Assembly: GCA_963662465.1 (NCBI GenBank)
Contig: OY759599.1
Coordinates: 2,656,001 to 2,720,000 of the forward strand
Source: Desulfatiglandales bacterium
GTDB taxonomy: Bacteria; Desulfobacterota; DSM-4660; Desulfatiglandales; Desulfatiglandaceae
Length of the DNA stretch: 64,000 nt
Reading direction: 5' to 3'
Part shown: positions 29,490 to 41,100 of the stretch, in pieces
Numbering within the stretch: position 1 is the first letter of the stretch
Layout: each line of letters starts with the position of its first letter
Notes under the pieces: model-generated
Told to the model about the DNA's origin: nothing
What the model saw: only the letters and a program-made list of their open reading frames with translations
Databases searched by the model: none
Program-made: the position numbers and the translations under genes

Positions 29490-30760
29490 TATAGTTCTCC
29501 AATTTCCACCAGAAGAAGATCCGTCAATTCACGGCACTGGTCGGCTAGACCCTGCTCCTCATACGGGCGCACGACGGCATGGCCCAGGACCCAGCTGTCA
29601 TAATTTTCAGGCGGAAGCAGGATGTCATCACCCGGAAATCGGATCAACTGAATATCCATCACCCGGGGGTCCCCGGCAAGCCGGGTCGTATCGATCCGGT
29701 TAAGCCTTCCGGATTTCCGGGCGTGAAAACGAAGGCCCAGATAGGGCCCGGATGCCGGCGGTAAAATCGGCGGGTGAGACCGTTTTCGAGCAAAATCGAG
29801 GTTCAGTTTCAGGATGTCGAAATGGCAAACGGTTTTCAAGAGAAAGGGAAGGCAGTCTCCCCCCGGACGAGGCGCAATCTCAAGAAGAAGGATGTCCTCC
29901 CCCCGAACCATAAAATCGAGCATACACACGGCCCGGGTGATCCCCACGGCCCGGGCGCTTTCAAGAAGGGTTTCTTCCAAGCGTTGCCGGTTGATTTGCG
30001 TCGGAAGATGGGCCGGCAGTACATAAGCCCGTGTGGTGCCGAAGGGAGCGGTGGAATCAATGATTTTACCGGTCAACCGAAGGATCTCGATGCGATCCGC
30101 CGCCACAATAAAATCGCAACTGAACTCCCGACCCTCAATCAGTTCCTCGGCAAGGATAAGCGGGGCTTCGCTGGACCCGTTACGGTACATCGGCATCGAT
30201 CGGCGATCGTTCAGGCCGTTCCGGATGTCCCGGAAACGCTCGGCGCAACCTTGTTCGGTGCGGCAGGAGAAAATAAGTTCGCTGCCGCTGCCGGAGGCCG
30301 GCTTGAGTACGCACGGACCGTCGATCGAACGAAAAAATGCGACGGCTTCGCTTTCCGAGGCGACCTGTTTGCAACGAGGGACGGCAAGACCGTGCCGGCG
30401 CCAGAGGATCTTGGATCGGTGTTTGTCCCGGCAGTTGGCAACAGCCTCTGAAGAAGGATATGGAAGACCGTAGCGGTAAGCGAGAACGGCGGCAAGCCCC
30501 ATGGATTCACAGTCGAAACAGGCAATGCCGTCGAGAGAGAGATTCTCCCGGTGCAGATGCCGCAACAGAACCGCTTCGACCCGACCGACGTCTGATAGAT
30601 CGCAAAGGACTTCTTCGCAACCCGGCGGACGACTTTCCCGCGCATGGCGCCAAACCTCCGTATCAGTCAGAAACAGGGCACTTCCAGAACTTTCCCGCTG
30701 AATCCAGGCGATGTAGTCCGGGGTGGCGCCGACCACGAGGGTTTTAGTTAAGCGAGACAT
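29489..30760 (-). CDS. ATP-grasp ligase
   Basis: CRDK, VLKPASGSGS, EELIEGREFS, LLEIAPRPGGD; TAATG overlap with the decarboxylase gene. Confidence 0.88.
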   Translation of the reverse strand: MSRLTKTLVVGATPDYIAWIQRESSGSALFLTDTEVWRHARESRPPGCEEVLCDLSDVGRVEAVLLRHLHRENLSLDGIACFDCESMGLAAVLAYRYGLPYPSSEAVANCRDKHRSKILWRRHGLAVPRCKQVASESEAVAFFRSIDGPCVLKPASGSGSELIFSCRTEQGCAERFRDIRNGLNDRRSMPMYRNGSSEAPLILAEELIEGREFSCDFIVAADRIEILRLTGKIIDSTAPFGTTRAYVLPAHLPTQINRQRLEETLLESARAVGITRAVCMLDFMVRGEDILLLEIAPRPGGDCLPFLLKTVCHFDILKLNLDFARKRSHPPILPPASGPYLGLRFHARKSGRLNRIDTTRLAGDPRVMDIQLIRFPGDDILLPPENYDSWVLGHAVVRPYEEQGLADQCRELTDLLLVEIGEL

Positions 30761-31694
30761 GGGAAATTTTTTCTGTTCGAGCGGAAATCCGGATCTTGTA
30801 AAGGGTCCTGGGCGTCAGATGAAACCGATGCTTCCAGCCGAAGTCTCCACAAAGAAAATCGACGGATTTCATTCGGGTTTCACAGGCCCAGCGAATATGG
30901 TGAAAATTGATCAGCTTGGCCACCCCCCGAAATTCCGGATCAACACCGCCGGCCAATACGGTATAGGCCCCGGCCCAGACCGCACCAATATCCACGGCCG
31001 CAACCCGACCGCCGATGGTTACAGTGGTAACCCGCAAAAGGCCTTCGTTGTAAAGCCATGCCACAAGGTTTTCGAAGGATTTCAGGAAGCGGGGGTCATG
31101 GAAGTAGGACCGGTCGCCGAAGCCCGCCAGGTTCATGTGAAACAGGGTGTCGACGTCCGATAAGTCGTTGTATCGGTAGGAAACACCCGCCGATTCGAGG
31201 GGCGCGAGTTCATGACGGAGTTTTTTACGGGTTTTTCCGGAGAAGCGTTGCATGAACCGGTCGAAGGTATAACCACACTCGGCCGGAAAGAAGAGGTATC
31301 CGGTTTCATCCGGTTCCACGCACAACCCTTCGGGGAGCAAGGATTCGCCGGTGAGATAGCGGATATACGCTTCTCCGGGGACATTGTCAATCAGTTGGTC
31401 GACAACGCCTTTCCTTCGAGCGATGATCCGGTTTTGTTCGAGCCAGGTCTTGCCCTGCCAGGTTTCCCCGGGGAAATGGCCGAATGACCCCTGTTTTTCG
31501 ATCCAACTCAGGGCCAGGAGCCCCTGGATACGGCCTTCGACATCTTCCGCCGTGATAAAACAGGGGCGGCGGCCGAAAGGGTCCGCAAAGCATTCCCGGA
31601 CCGGCCACAGGTCGAATAGACAATCCCGGGGCATTAATGCCTGCCACAGCCGGGCGCATTTTTCAGGATCTTCGTGCCGCTGGATTCGGTACAA
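30744..31694 (-). CDS. GNAT-fold protein (BioF2/FemAB-like acyltransferase domain)
   Basis: FSGKTRKKLRHE, RVAAVD, GVAKLIN, VDFLCGDFGWK.RF pattern. Confidence 0.7.
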   Translation of the reverse strand: MYRIQRHEDPEKCARLWQALMPRDCLFDLWPVRECFADPFGRRPCFITAEDVEGRIQGLLALSWIEKQGSFGHFPGETWQGKTWLEQNRIIARRKGVVDQLIDNVPGEAYIRYLTGESLLPEGLCVEPDETGYLFFPAECGYTFDRFMQRFSGKTRKKLRHELAPLESAGVSYRYNDLSDVDTLFHMNLAGFGDRSYFHDPRFLKSFENLVAWLYNEGLLRVTTVTIGGRVAAVDIGAVWAGAYTVLAGGVDPEFRGVAKLINFHHIRWACETRMKSVDFLCGDFGWKHRFHLTPRTLYKIRISARTEKISHVSLN

Positions 31695-31696
31695 TG

Positions 31697-32155
31697 TTAT
31701 TGCCTCAACGTGACATTCAGAGCACTGGTTGAACCGCCGAAGAAATCCTCCGCAAACCCCCGAACCGTCTCGGGATCATAGGGTTTGCAGCTGAAAACAT
31801 CCAGATAGACCGCATTGGTCTGGTTGGCGAAGTGAGCGCTGATCAGGGAGGTCTCGATCAATTGAACCATCGAATACCCCGCTACCCGCTCATCCTCGCC
31901 GAAGTGAACCACCTGGGTCTCACCAAATCGCTTCATCTCGATGAGATCGCACAGTTCCACGACGAAGCGGCGAATCTTTTCCGCATCGCGGATTGCATCG
32001 GGGTCGCAGTTATAAATGTCGATGGCCGAAGCGATTCCCCAAGCGTTGCGGGCGATGGCGGTTTCCATCCAATTCCCGTCAACGGTTTCGAACTCTTTTT
32101 CAATTCTGTTGATATTCAGCATATTTTTCCTTTCTCTGAGAGCATGAGTCGACAC
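31697..32155 (-). CDS. speD: S-adenosylmethionine decarboxylase-family pyruvoyl proenzyme (start may be ATG 32122)
   Basis: DIYNCD, HFGE..GYSMVQLIETSLISAHF, YLDVFSCKPYD. Confidence 0.82.
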   Translation of the reverse strand: MSTHALRERKNMLNINRIEKEFETVDGNWMETAIARNAWGIASAIDIYNCDPDAIRDAEKIRRFVVELCDLIEMKRFGETQVVHFGEDERVAGYSMVQLIETSLISAHFANQTNAVYLDVFSCKPYDPETVRGFAEDFFGGSTSALNVTLRQ

Positions 32156-32209
32156 TGTTTTTCATCCTCGGCCACAACCGACGCCGAAGAGATGGTTTTG
32201 GTGATCGAC

Positions 32210-32226
32210 AGCATACATCGTGCCAA
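32210..32226 (-). promoter_or_regulatory. sigma54 -24/-12 promoter of the speD-like operon
   Basis: Minus strand TTGGCACGATGTATGCT (GG-N10-GC), directly upstream of the operon. Confidence 0.8.
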
Positions 32227-32602
32227 TGAAAGAGAAATTCACAACTTATTGTTAATATGGAAAAATTGGCTTTACTCGCCGATCAGAATTGTTAAAGGGA
32301 GGCTAAAATAAGAAATTGATTGCCATTTACAGTAAAAAACGGTATTTGTTTTCTGGTAATGGCCTGATTTTTCCCTGAACAGGGGGGCGCAGGCTGACGC
32401 TTTCAGAATTAGGGCTTGACATAATTCCTGTCCAACCCCCCTATTTTCCTTTTAAGCGTCATAAATAATAACGTTTTTTTATTTTACCAGACGTTTTGTC
32501 GCCATCAGTCGGCGATCGCTGGACAAAAACATATCGGTAAATGATTACCGAAAACAACGCCCGGTCCGGAAAGAACCGGGCCTACACCCCGAGGAAAAAC
32601 CC

Positions 32603-34021
32603 ATGCTGATTCGACTGGCCTTTTCGATTCGAAGCAAAAAGCTGGAAAACCAGCTCAAACGCCGTTTCCTTCTTTCCGATGTCCGAGTGGAAAGTTACGG
32701 ACAGCTCTCAACCCCCTGGCAGAAGGTGGTTCGAAGCTGCTCGGACATCATCGTCATCAGCGAATCGTTGCTGCCGCGCCCGGTCGAATCCGGGATCGCC
32801 ATACTCAACGATCTTCCGGAAAACCCCACCACGGTGGTCCTCTGCAACAACGACTCGGCCGAAGAGCAGGCCAGGCTGGTGGCCGCCGGCGCCGACGTGG
32901 TGCTCTACTCCGGCATTTCCGAAAAAAGCCTTGCCGAGGCTATCGAACGGACACTCGAATCCAGACGCCAGCTCCACCAGATAGACCGCTTTGATCGAAA
33001 AGGGTCCAGCCGCCCCCGGATCGACGACTTCATCTCCGACAGCGGAAAGATGCAAATGTTCATGGACGAGGTCCACCAGATCATCCCCAGCAGCTCGGTT
33101 CTTCTGATTACCGGCGAAACCGGCGTGGGGAAAGAACACCTGGCAAAGGCGATCCATGCTGAAAGTCCCCGGTCAGCGGGGCCGTTTATCGCCGTTAACA
33201 CCGCGGCCCTTCCCGAACAGCTTCTTGAAAGCGAACTCTTCGGCCACGAGCAGGGGGCCTTTACCGGCGCCGTACGATCCCGCCGGGGCGCCTTCGAACT
33301 GGCTCACGGCGGAACGATCTTTCTCGATGAGATCGGGGAGATGCCGCTGCACCTGCAGACCAAACTGCTGCGGGTTCTGCAGGACTACGAGGTGCAGCCC
33401 GTCGGCAGCGAAGCGCCTATCTGGGTGGATGTCCGGATCATCGCCGCCTCGAACCGGAACCTCGAAGAAGAGGTGGCAGCGGGAAATTTCCGCAAGGATC
33501 TATACTATCGGCTCAGCGTGGTGACGCTCACCATTCCCCCGCTGCGCCTCCGCAGAGAAGATATTCCAACCCTGGTCGAGTATTATGTGAATTTTTACCA
33601 GCAGAAGATCGGCCGAGACGTCACCCGGATTTCGGACGCCGCCATGCAAGCGTTTTGCCGCTACGACTGGCCCGGCAACGTTCGCGAACTAATGAACGTA
33701 ATCGAGCGGGCCATGTTGCTGTGCAAGGGGGATGAAATCACCACGAAGAACCTGCCCAGCGTCCTGCAGGAAGACGCCGGGGACATGGAAACCGTCTTTT
33801 CAGGGGGCGCCGGGTTGAACCTGTCATCCTGGCGGGGGAAAACCCTCTTGGAGGTTCAGAAAGAGGCCCTGGACCACGTGGAACGGCTCTATCTGGAAAT
33901 GATCCTTTCCGAGACCGGCGGACGGGTGGGCGAAGCCGCCCTGAAGGCAGGGATTCATCAGCGAAGTCTCTACAACAAAATGAAACGGCTGAGCCTTAAA
34001 AAGGAGTCGTTTCGGCGCTGA
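32603..34021 (+). CDS. sigma54-dependent enhancer-binding protein with a degenerate receiver-like N-terminus
   Basis: GETGVGKE, ESELFGHEQGAFTGA, FLDEIG, WPGNVREL, C-terminal HTH. Confidence 0.93.
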   Translation: MLIRLAFSIRSKKLENQLKRRFLLSDVRVESYGQLSTPWQKVVRSCSDIIVISESLLPRPVESGIAILNDLPENPTTVVLCNNDSAEEQARLVAAGADVVLYSGISEKSLAEAIERTLESRRQLHQIDRFDRKGSSRPRIDDFISDSGKMQMFMDEVHQIIPSSSVLLITGETGVGKEHLAKAIHAESPRSAGPFIAVNTAALPEQLLESELFGHEQGAFTGAVRSRRGAFELAHGGTIFLDEIGEMPLHLQTKLLRVLQDYEVQPVGSEAPIWVDVRIIAASNRNLEEEVAAGNFRKDLYYRLSVVTLTIPPLRLRREDIPTLVEYYVNFYQQKIGRDVTRISDAAMQAFCRYDWPGNVRELMNVIERAMLLCKGDEITTKNLPSVLQEDAGDMETVFSGGAGLNLSSWRGKTLLEVQKEALDHVERLYLEMILSETGGRVGEAALKAGIHQRSLYNKMKRLSLKKESFRR

Positions 34022-34066
34022 CAAAAAATTGAAAGGCAGAGCGGGGACCAAGGGAACCCGCGACCC

Positions 34067-34570
34067 TCAAATTCCGGAGTAATGGTTAAGTTTATCTTTC
34101 CAGAATTCCTTTTCCTGCTCCCGCCATTCGGTGCCGTAGAATCGCCTGTCATAGAATCTACCCAGTCTATCAAACCACTTGAGCCACGGATTCTTCTTCT
34201 TATCCCTGGCTTCGATGACATCCGCGACAAAAAGATGAATATCCTTCATCTCCTCCTTAGGCGCAAAATAGGCGGCCCCTTCCTCCGCGGATCGTTTGAG
34301 ACTTTCCTCCGTGAGGGCATGGGCCGTCAGCATAAGGGCGGGGACATTCTGTTTTCTCGCAATCTCCAGGAGTTCAAATCCCTTCACCCCCATAATATCC
34401 AGGATCGCCACATCATATTCCTCGTTTTCGAGTAAAGCCTTCGCTTCCTCGAAGGAGGAGGCTGTGTCAATCTTGCATGTGTCCAACAGCTCAATCAGCT
34501 CTTCCAGCACATCCTCCTCGTCATCGACAATAAGTATCTTCCTGCCCCTTATCAGTTTTTCCGCATCCAT
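34067..34570 (-). CDS. single-domain response regulator with a Trp-rich C-terminal tail
   Basis: ILIVDDE, ILDIMG, MLTAH, APKE; tail WLKWFDRLGRFYDRRF..EWREQEKEFW. Confidence 0.88.
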   Translation of the reverse strand: MDAEKLIRGRKILIVDDEEDVLEELIELLDTCKIDTASSFEEAKALLENEEYDVAILDIMGVKGFELLEIARKQNVPALMLTAHALTEESLKRSAEEGAAYFAPKEEMKDIHLFVADVIEARDKKKNPWLKWFDRLGRFYDRRFYGTEWREQEKEFWKDKLNHYSGI

Positions 34571-34660
34571 TCTCTATTCCTCCTCGTTGCCATATTTGTC
34601 TCGGGAAGCAGCAGATCAGTTCTTCCCAGCCATGCCTCATCTTATTAAAATCACTGACAA

Positions 34661-34677
34661 TGCTATGCTCTTGCCAA
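34661..34677 (-). promoter_or_regulatory. possible sigma54 promoter
   Basis: Minus strand TTGGCAAGAGCATAGCA (GG-N10-GC), ~90 nt upstream of the receiver gene. Confidence 0.45.
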
Positions 34678-37600
34678 AGCCGCATCTTGCAGTCCTTCAA
34701 ACAAAAGACTGTTTATTATGCACGGTTTTGTATAAAAGTCGAGGCTATTCAGCAATTATCAGCAATTCTAAATTTGAACGGGGTCTAAACCGTTTTCTAG
34801 CTTATCCGCCGGTTTTAGATTGGGATATCCTCTATTTGTGAATGCGGGCATTGGTCCAGAAAAAAGCAGCCGACATCCTGGGGTTGATCTATCACCAGTT
34901 CCGCGGCCTCTATCGAACAGTGAAAAACGATTTAAAACAATCAAAGCGCTGAGGATGAACAGTATCGAGAGCCTCAAACGGTACGATTTCCCTTTCAAAC
35001 TCCAGAAATTCGCCCTCTCTCCATGTCCTGGTAAGTTTACCAAGACCATTGTCAAAGCTCCATTTCAGGTCTAGTCCGAGGGCCTGGTGCAGTAGATCAA
35101 TAACGGTTTGGTTGATTGACTCACCCATCCACAACCCAAAGGACAGCATTTTTTTGACCATGAATATGGACAGAAAATTAATTTGATGGTAAGAGAGGCG
35201 GCTGTTGTTACGCTGACTTCTGCTTGAAATGAATTTGGGGGAAACGCGTTTCACCTACAAAGGGTATCGAAATAAGAGCGATCTCCCGGTTATTTGCTTT
35301 TCAAGAAGGAGGATTGGGTATGAAGCGGTTGTTGGCAGTATGCGCTATTTTGTTTGCGGTCTTTTTTGGGGTCAGTGCCCATGCACATTTGATAGGAGTG
35401 GATTTTAATTATCGATCAAGTTATCCGACTCCCACAAACTGGACGAGTGTTTCCACCTGGGGAACGACCGATTCCTTGGGAACTGAAACCGGTGGATCGA
35501 CGGAGGTGAACCTTGCAGTCACGAATATCGCTTCAAAAGAACCGCCAAACAGAGGCTTTTATTATGCCGCTGTCAATGCTGTAACCATACCCCAGCATGC
35601 GCCTTCCCTGGCAAACATTGGAGGGAATATCTATGGATTTGCAATGCCTGGATCTTTGGCTAAACTGGAATTGAAGTTCACAGGGCTTGATGGGGGGAAA
35701 AGCTATAAAATCTGGGTTTTTGGTTTGAGAACCGGTGGCGAAGGGGTATACCAAGATGTGTCTATAGAGGGGCTTGCTACAATATCCTTCCCACAACAAG
35801 CAATTAGCGGAAACCTCGTTGTAAATAATTCTTTGGGCAACGAGAACTTCGATTTATCAAGTTATGCAAAAGACATAACGCCCTCTGCCCTTGGTGAAAT
35901 TATCATTACAATTACTTCAAACCCACTCTCATCTGACAAGCTTTATTCCCTCGCGGGCGTTGCCATTGATGTTCCCACGCCCACGGTAACCACCCAGGCG
36001 GTGACCGGTGTTGGAACAACCACCGCCATCGGGAACGGCAATATTACCAATCTCGGTGATCCCAACCCCACCCAACACGGTGTCTGCTGGAACACCACCG
36101 GGACGCCCACCACTGCGGATAGCAAAACAGAAGAGGGTGCGGCAAGTGAGACCGGCGCCTTCACTTCCAATATGACAGGGCTATCCAACGGCACCACCTA
36201 CTATGTCAGGGCATACGCCACCAACGCTGTTGGTACCGAATACGGTGAAGAGGTTAATTTTACAGCCACTGAGCGAGCACCCACGGTAACAACTCAAGCG
36301 GTCACCGGCATCGGCATAAACGCGGCAACAGGCAACGGCAATATCACGGATTTGGGCGATCCCAACCCCACCCAGCATGGGGTGTGCTGGAACACCACAG
36401 GCAATCCAACCGTTGCCGATTCCCACAAGGACAACGGGGCGGCTTCGACCACAGGGGTCTATACCGCAGACATCACCGGCCTGACGGAAGGAACAACCTA
36501 TTATGTGAAAGCCTATGCCACCAATACGGAGGGAACGGTCTATGGGGCTCAGGTGGCGTTTAAGACCAACGTGACCTTGACCATGGCCCGAACCCCGGAA
36601 GCAGGAGGCACAACCACGCCCGTGGCGGGATCCACCACCAGCGTGGCGGCCGGCGTGGCGCAGAATATCACAGCCTCACCCGCCACGGGATATCATTTTA
36701 TTAACTGGACGGCAGCCCCGTCCGGAAATGCCACCTTCGAAAACGCGTCCAATGCCGCTACCTCCGTCACCCTCACGGGCTCGGCCACGGTCACAGCCAA
36801 CTTTGCCATCAACACCTATACCCTGACCGCCGCTACGAACCCTGTGGTCGGCGGTACGGTAACCAAGAATCCCGATCAGGGCACCTACGACCACGGCTCA
36901 AACGTTCAGGTCACAGCCACAGCCAACGCCAATTACGTCTTTACGGGCTGGTCCGGTAATCTCTCCGGCGCCGCCAATCCCACTTCCATCACCATGGACG
37001 GAAACAAAAACGTCACCGCCAACTTCGCGCTCACATACACCGTTACCTACAACGGCAACGGGAATACCGGCGGCAGCGCACCCACGGACGGCAATGCCTA
37101 CCAGGCAGGCGCCGATGTGACGGTTCTTGGGAACACCGGCGCTCTGGTTAAAACGGGCTATATGTTCAAAGACTGGAACACGGCGGCGGACGGCAATGGG
37201 ACATCCTATGCGCCTGGAGCAAACTTCTTTATGCCCGGGGCCAACGTGATGCTCTATGCTCAGTGGACCGCTAACGAGTACACCGTAACATTTGATGCCA
37301 ACGGCGGGACCGACCCCGTACCTGCGAACAAATCGGTCACCTATAATGAAGCCTATGGGCAACTGGCGGAAACCACACGGGATGCGTATTCCTTCGCCGG
37401 TTGGTTCACAGCAGCCACCGGCGGGACCCAGATAACATCGGAAACCGTTGTGAATAGCGCTGAAAATCACACGCTTTACGCCCAATGGACGCACATTCCC
37501 TACTACATGGCCAAAAATGCCGGCAACTGGAGCAATACGGGTATCTGGTTCACCAACACCACCGGCGGCACAAACCCTGCCGACTACGCCACCCCTGCCA

Positions 37601-38130
37601 CTGAGATGCCGAACGCGAACAACTCACTGGGAATTATCGTCAACGCCCTTGTAGCGGTAGATACGGCTGTAACCATTGATCAGACTACGGTCAATGGGGA
37701 AAAGACCCTCACAGTGAATAATGAGGTAACCCTTACCCTGGCCAACGGCACAGGAACAGACCTGACCGTTTTCGGAGTTTTCACCAATAATGGAACCGTT
37801 ATCTGCAATGCCGGAACAACGGTTGATTTCGCTGGTGTGGACCAGATTCTACCAGCCATCACCTATCAGCATCTGACCACCTCGGGCGCCGGAACCAAAA
37901 CCCTGGGAGGCGACATCATCCTGAGAGGAAACCTCACCATCGGCGCCGGTACAATACTGGATGGGAGCGAAAACAATTACGGCATTTCCATTGATGGCAA
38001 CTGGACCAACAACGGCACGTTTACGGCTCGAGAGGGCGAAGTGCGTTTTGAAGGTTCCGCGGTACAAAGCATCACGGGAACGCCTTCGTTCCATAACCTG
38101 ACCATTGCAAATACAGTTTCAGTGGATGCA

Positions 38131-38174
38131 TCCGGATGCACCGCCCTGACGGTCCGGATGCACCGCCCTGACGG
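38131..38174 (+). repeat. perfect 22-bp tandem duplication at the first frameshift
   Basis: TCCGGATGCACCGCCCTGACGG x2. Confidence 0.95.
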
Positions 38175-41100
38175 TTGCAGTTGACCGTGAATACCGGAAC
38201 CTTTACCAGCGCCTCGGACTATCACCATGTGAGCATTGCCGCAGGTGCGACCCTGGCTCAGTCGGGCAACATAACGGTCAGCGGCAACTGGAACAATGCC
38301 GGTACACTGACCCATAATAACCACACCGTAATCCTTGATGGCGGAGATCAGCAGGTCCTGGGCGATACGGACTTTTTTAACCTGATGAAAACCGTTGCCA
38401 GTGCCGTTACCCTGACCTTCGAGGCCGGGAAAACCACAACGCTGGGTGGCGCCCTGACCCTTCAGGGTGTAACAGGTCAGCTTCTGTTCCTGCGCAGCAG
38501 CACTCCGGGAACCCGGTGGAACATCAACCCCCGAGGCACGCGAACCATCGGCTATGTAGATGTGCAGGATTCCAATAACACTAACGGCGCGGCCATCAAC
38601 GCCGGAGAGGGAAGCATCAACTCAAACAACACTGTGAACTGGTTGTTCTATCCCGATGTGACGACTCAGGCGGTCACCGGCATCGGCATAAACGCGGCAA
38701 CAGGCAACGGCAATATCACGGATCTGGGTATTCCCAATCCCACGGCCCATGGGGTATGCTGGGGCACGAGTACCAATCCAACCACCAGCGACGGCAAAAA
38801 GGACATGGGTGCGACAACATCCACGGGAGCCTTTACAACAGCCATCACCGGGCTTGGCGCCGCCACCGCTTACCATGTGCGAGCCTTTGCCACAAACACG
38901 GCTGGGACCAGTTATGGTGAGGATGTAACTTTTACGACCCTGCCCAACCCGCCGGGTGTACCGGTCGCAAAGGCCGCCACCGCTAGTAACGCAACCGGAT
39001 TTACCGCTAACTGGAACACCAGCACAGGCGCCACCGGTTATCGTCTGGACGTGGCGACCAACAGCGCGTTTACCAGCTATGTGAGCGGATACCAGGATAA
39101 AGATGTGGGCAATGTCACCACTACCAACATTTCAGGCCTGTCGGGCGGCGCCTCCTACTATTATCGGGTGCGGCAAAGAATACCGGCGGCGCCAGCGAAA
39201 ACTCCAATACCATAACCGCCACCACGCTCTGCACGGCGCCTGTAGCTACCGCCGGCACAAACATAACCCAGACCGGTTTTACCGCCAACTGGAACGTCGT
39301 CACCGGGGCCACAGGTTATCGGATAGACGTGGCGACCAACAGCACGTTCACCAGCTATGTGAGCGGGTACCAGAATAAAGACGTGGGCAATGTCACCACG
39401 ATCAACGTTTCAGGTCTGTCGGGCGGCGCCTCCTACTATTATCGGGTGCGGGCGCAAAACGCTATCGGCGCCGGCGAAAACTCCAATACCATCAACGTAG
39501 GCACGGGTGAACTGCCCACCCAGGTGAGCCTGGTAGGACCCGGCACGGTAAACGTGGGAACGGTATCCACGGCCTTTACACTCACCAGCCGGGACAAGAA
39601 CGGAGACCCGGTGGACGTGAATCAGGATACGGTGTTTGATTTGACGTCCACTTCCAGCGCTATTTACGGATTTTACCGGGACAGCACGGGGAAACTAGCC
39701 ATTACCCAGGTCACCATCACCGTTGGAAGTCAAACAACTACCTTTTACTACAAGGATACGGCATCCGGTACTCCCACGTTGACCGCCACCCATAAAAGCG
39801 GCATGACCCTGGGCGCTGCAAACCATTCGATCACCGTGCAGGGAGGAACAGTCTCGGGGATCGTTTTTGATGATCTAAATGGTAACGGCATTCAGGATAC
39901 CGGTGAACCCGGTATCTCGGGCGTCACAGTGAAACTGCTGAACAGTGAGGGGGTTGTTTCAAAGACCGATGCCACCAACAATGACGGCAGCTACCGATTC
40001 ACCAGCGTCAGCGCCGGTATTTACACCGTGGAGGAAACGGATCCCGCGGGATATGCCAGCACCACCGGCAACAGGGTTACCGTATCGGTTTCATCCAATG
40101 GTTCGGCCAGTGCCAATTTCGGTGATCAGAACCAGGGAACCGTTTCCGGCACCGTCTTTCTGGATGTCAACGGCAGCGGCATACAGGATCCAAATGAGCC
40201 TGGCATCAGCGGTGTTACCATGAAATTGATGAACAGCGAAGGAGGTGTTTCCCAGACCGATATCACCGATAATGACGGCAATTATGCCTTCAGCGGCGTG
40301 AGCGCCGGGACGTACAGAGTTCAGGAGACAGACCCCGCTGGTTATACCAGCACCACCAACAACATCGTTCCACTGTCCATCATTTCCGGAGGATCCGCCG
40401 GCGCCAACTTCGGAGATAAGATTCAGGGGACAATTTCCGGTCATGTGTTTCTAGACATCAACGGCAGCGGCATACAGAACGCGGATGAACCGGGGATCAG
40501 CGGCGTTACCGTAAAACTGCTGAACAGCCAGGGGGGTGTTTTAAAAACGGACAACACCGAGGCGAATGGGAGTTACGGGTTTACCGGGGTAACCTCGGGG
40601 GCCTACAAAGTCCAGGAGACGGACCCCGCGGGGTATATCAGCACCACGGACAACACGGTTCCGGTGTCTGTGACCGGTTCAGGGGGTGTGACAGCGAACT
40701 TCGGGGACCAGGAAAGCGGGACCATCTCCGGTACGGTTTTTAGCGACATCAATGGAGACGGCATCCGGAACGAATTAGAAAAGGGTCTTGGGGGTGTAAC
40801 CGTGACACTATTGGTCAATGGATACATGTTGTCCAGTACCCTCACCGGCGGAGACGGCAGTTACAATTTTACCGGGCTGAGCGCCGGCGCCTACACCATA
40901 GAGGAAACGGATCCTTCCGGATATGGCAGCACCACTGACAACAGTATTAGCGTCACTGTGGGCTCAGCGGCCGCCACAGCCAGTTTCGGGGATATTCCCC
41001 TTGGGACCGTATCCGGGGTGGTGTTTAATGACACCAACGGCAATGGTCGACAGGACCCAAATGAAAAAGGGATTGGCGGGGTCACGATAAACCTGCTGGA

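Noticed and set aside
34700..35260. Short ORFs upstream of the surface protein gene
   Set aside because: Several overlapping frames with no RBS or motif support; cannot be called.
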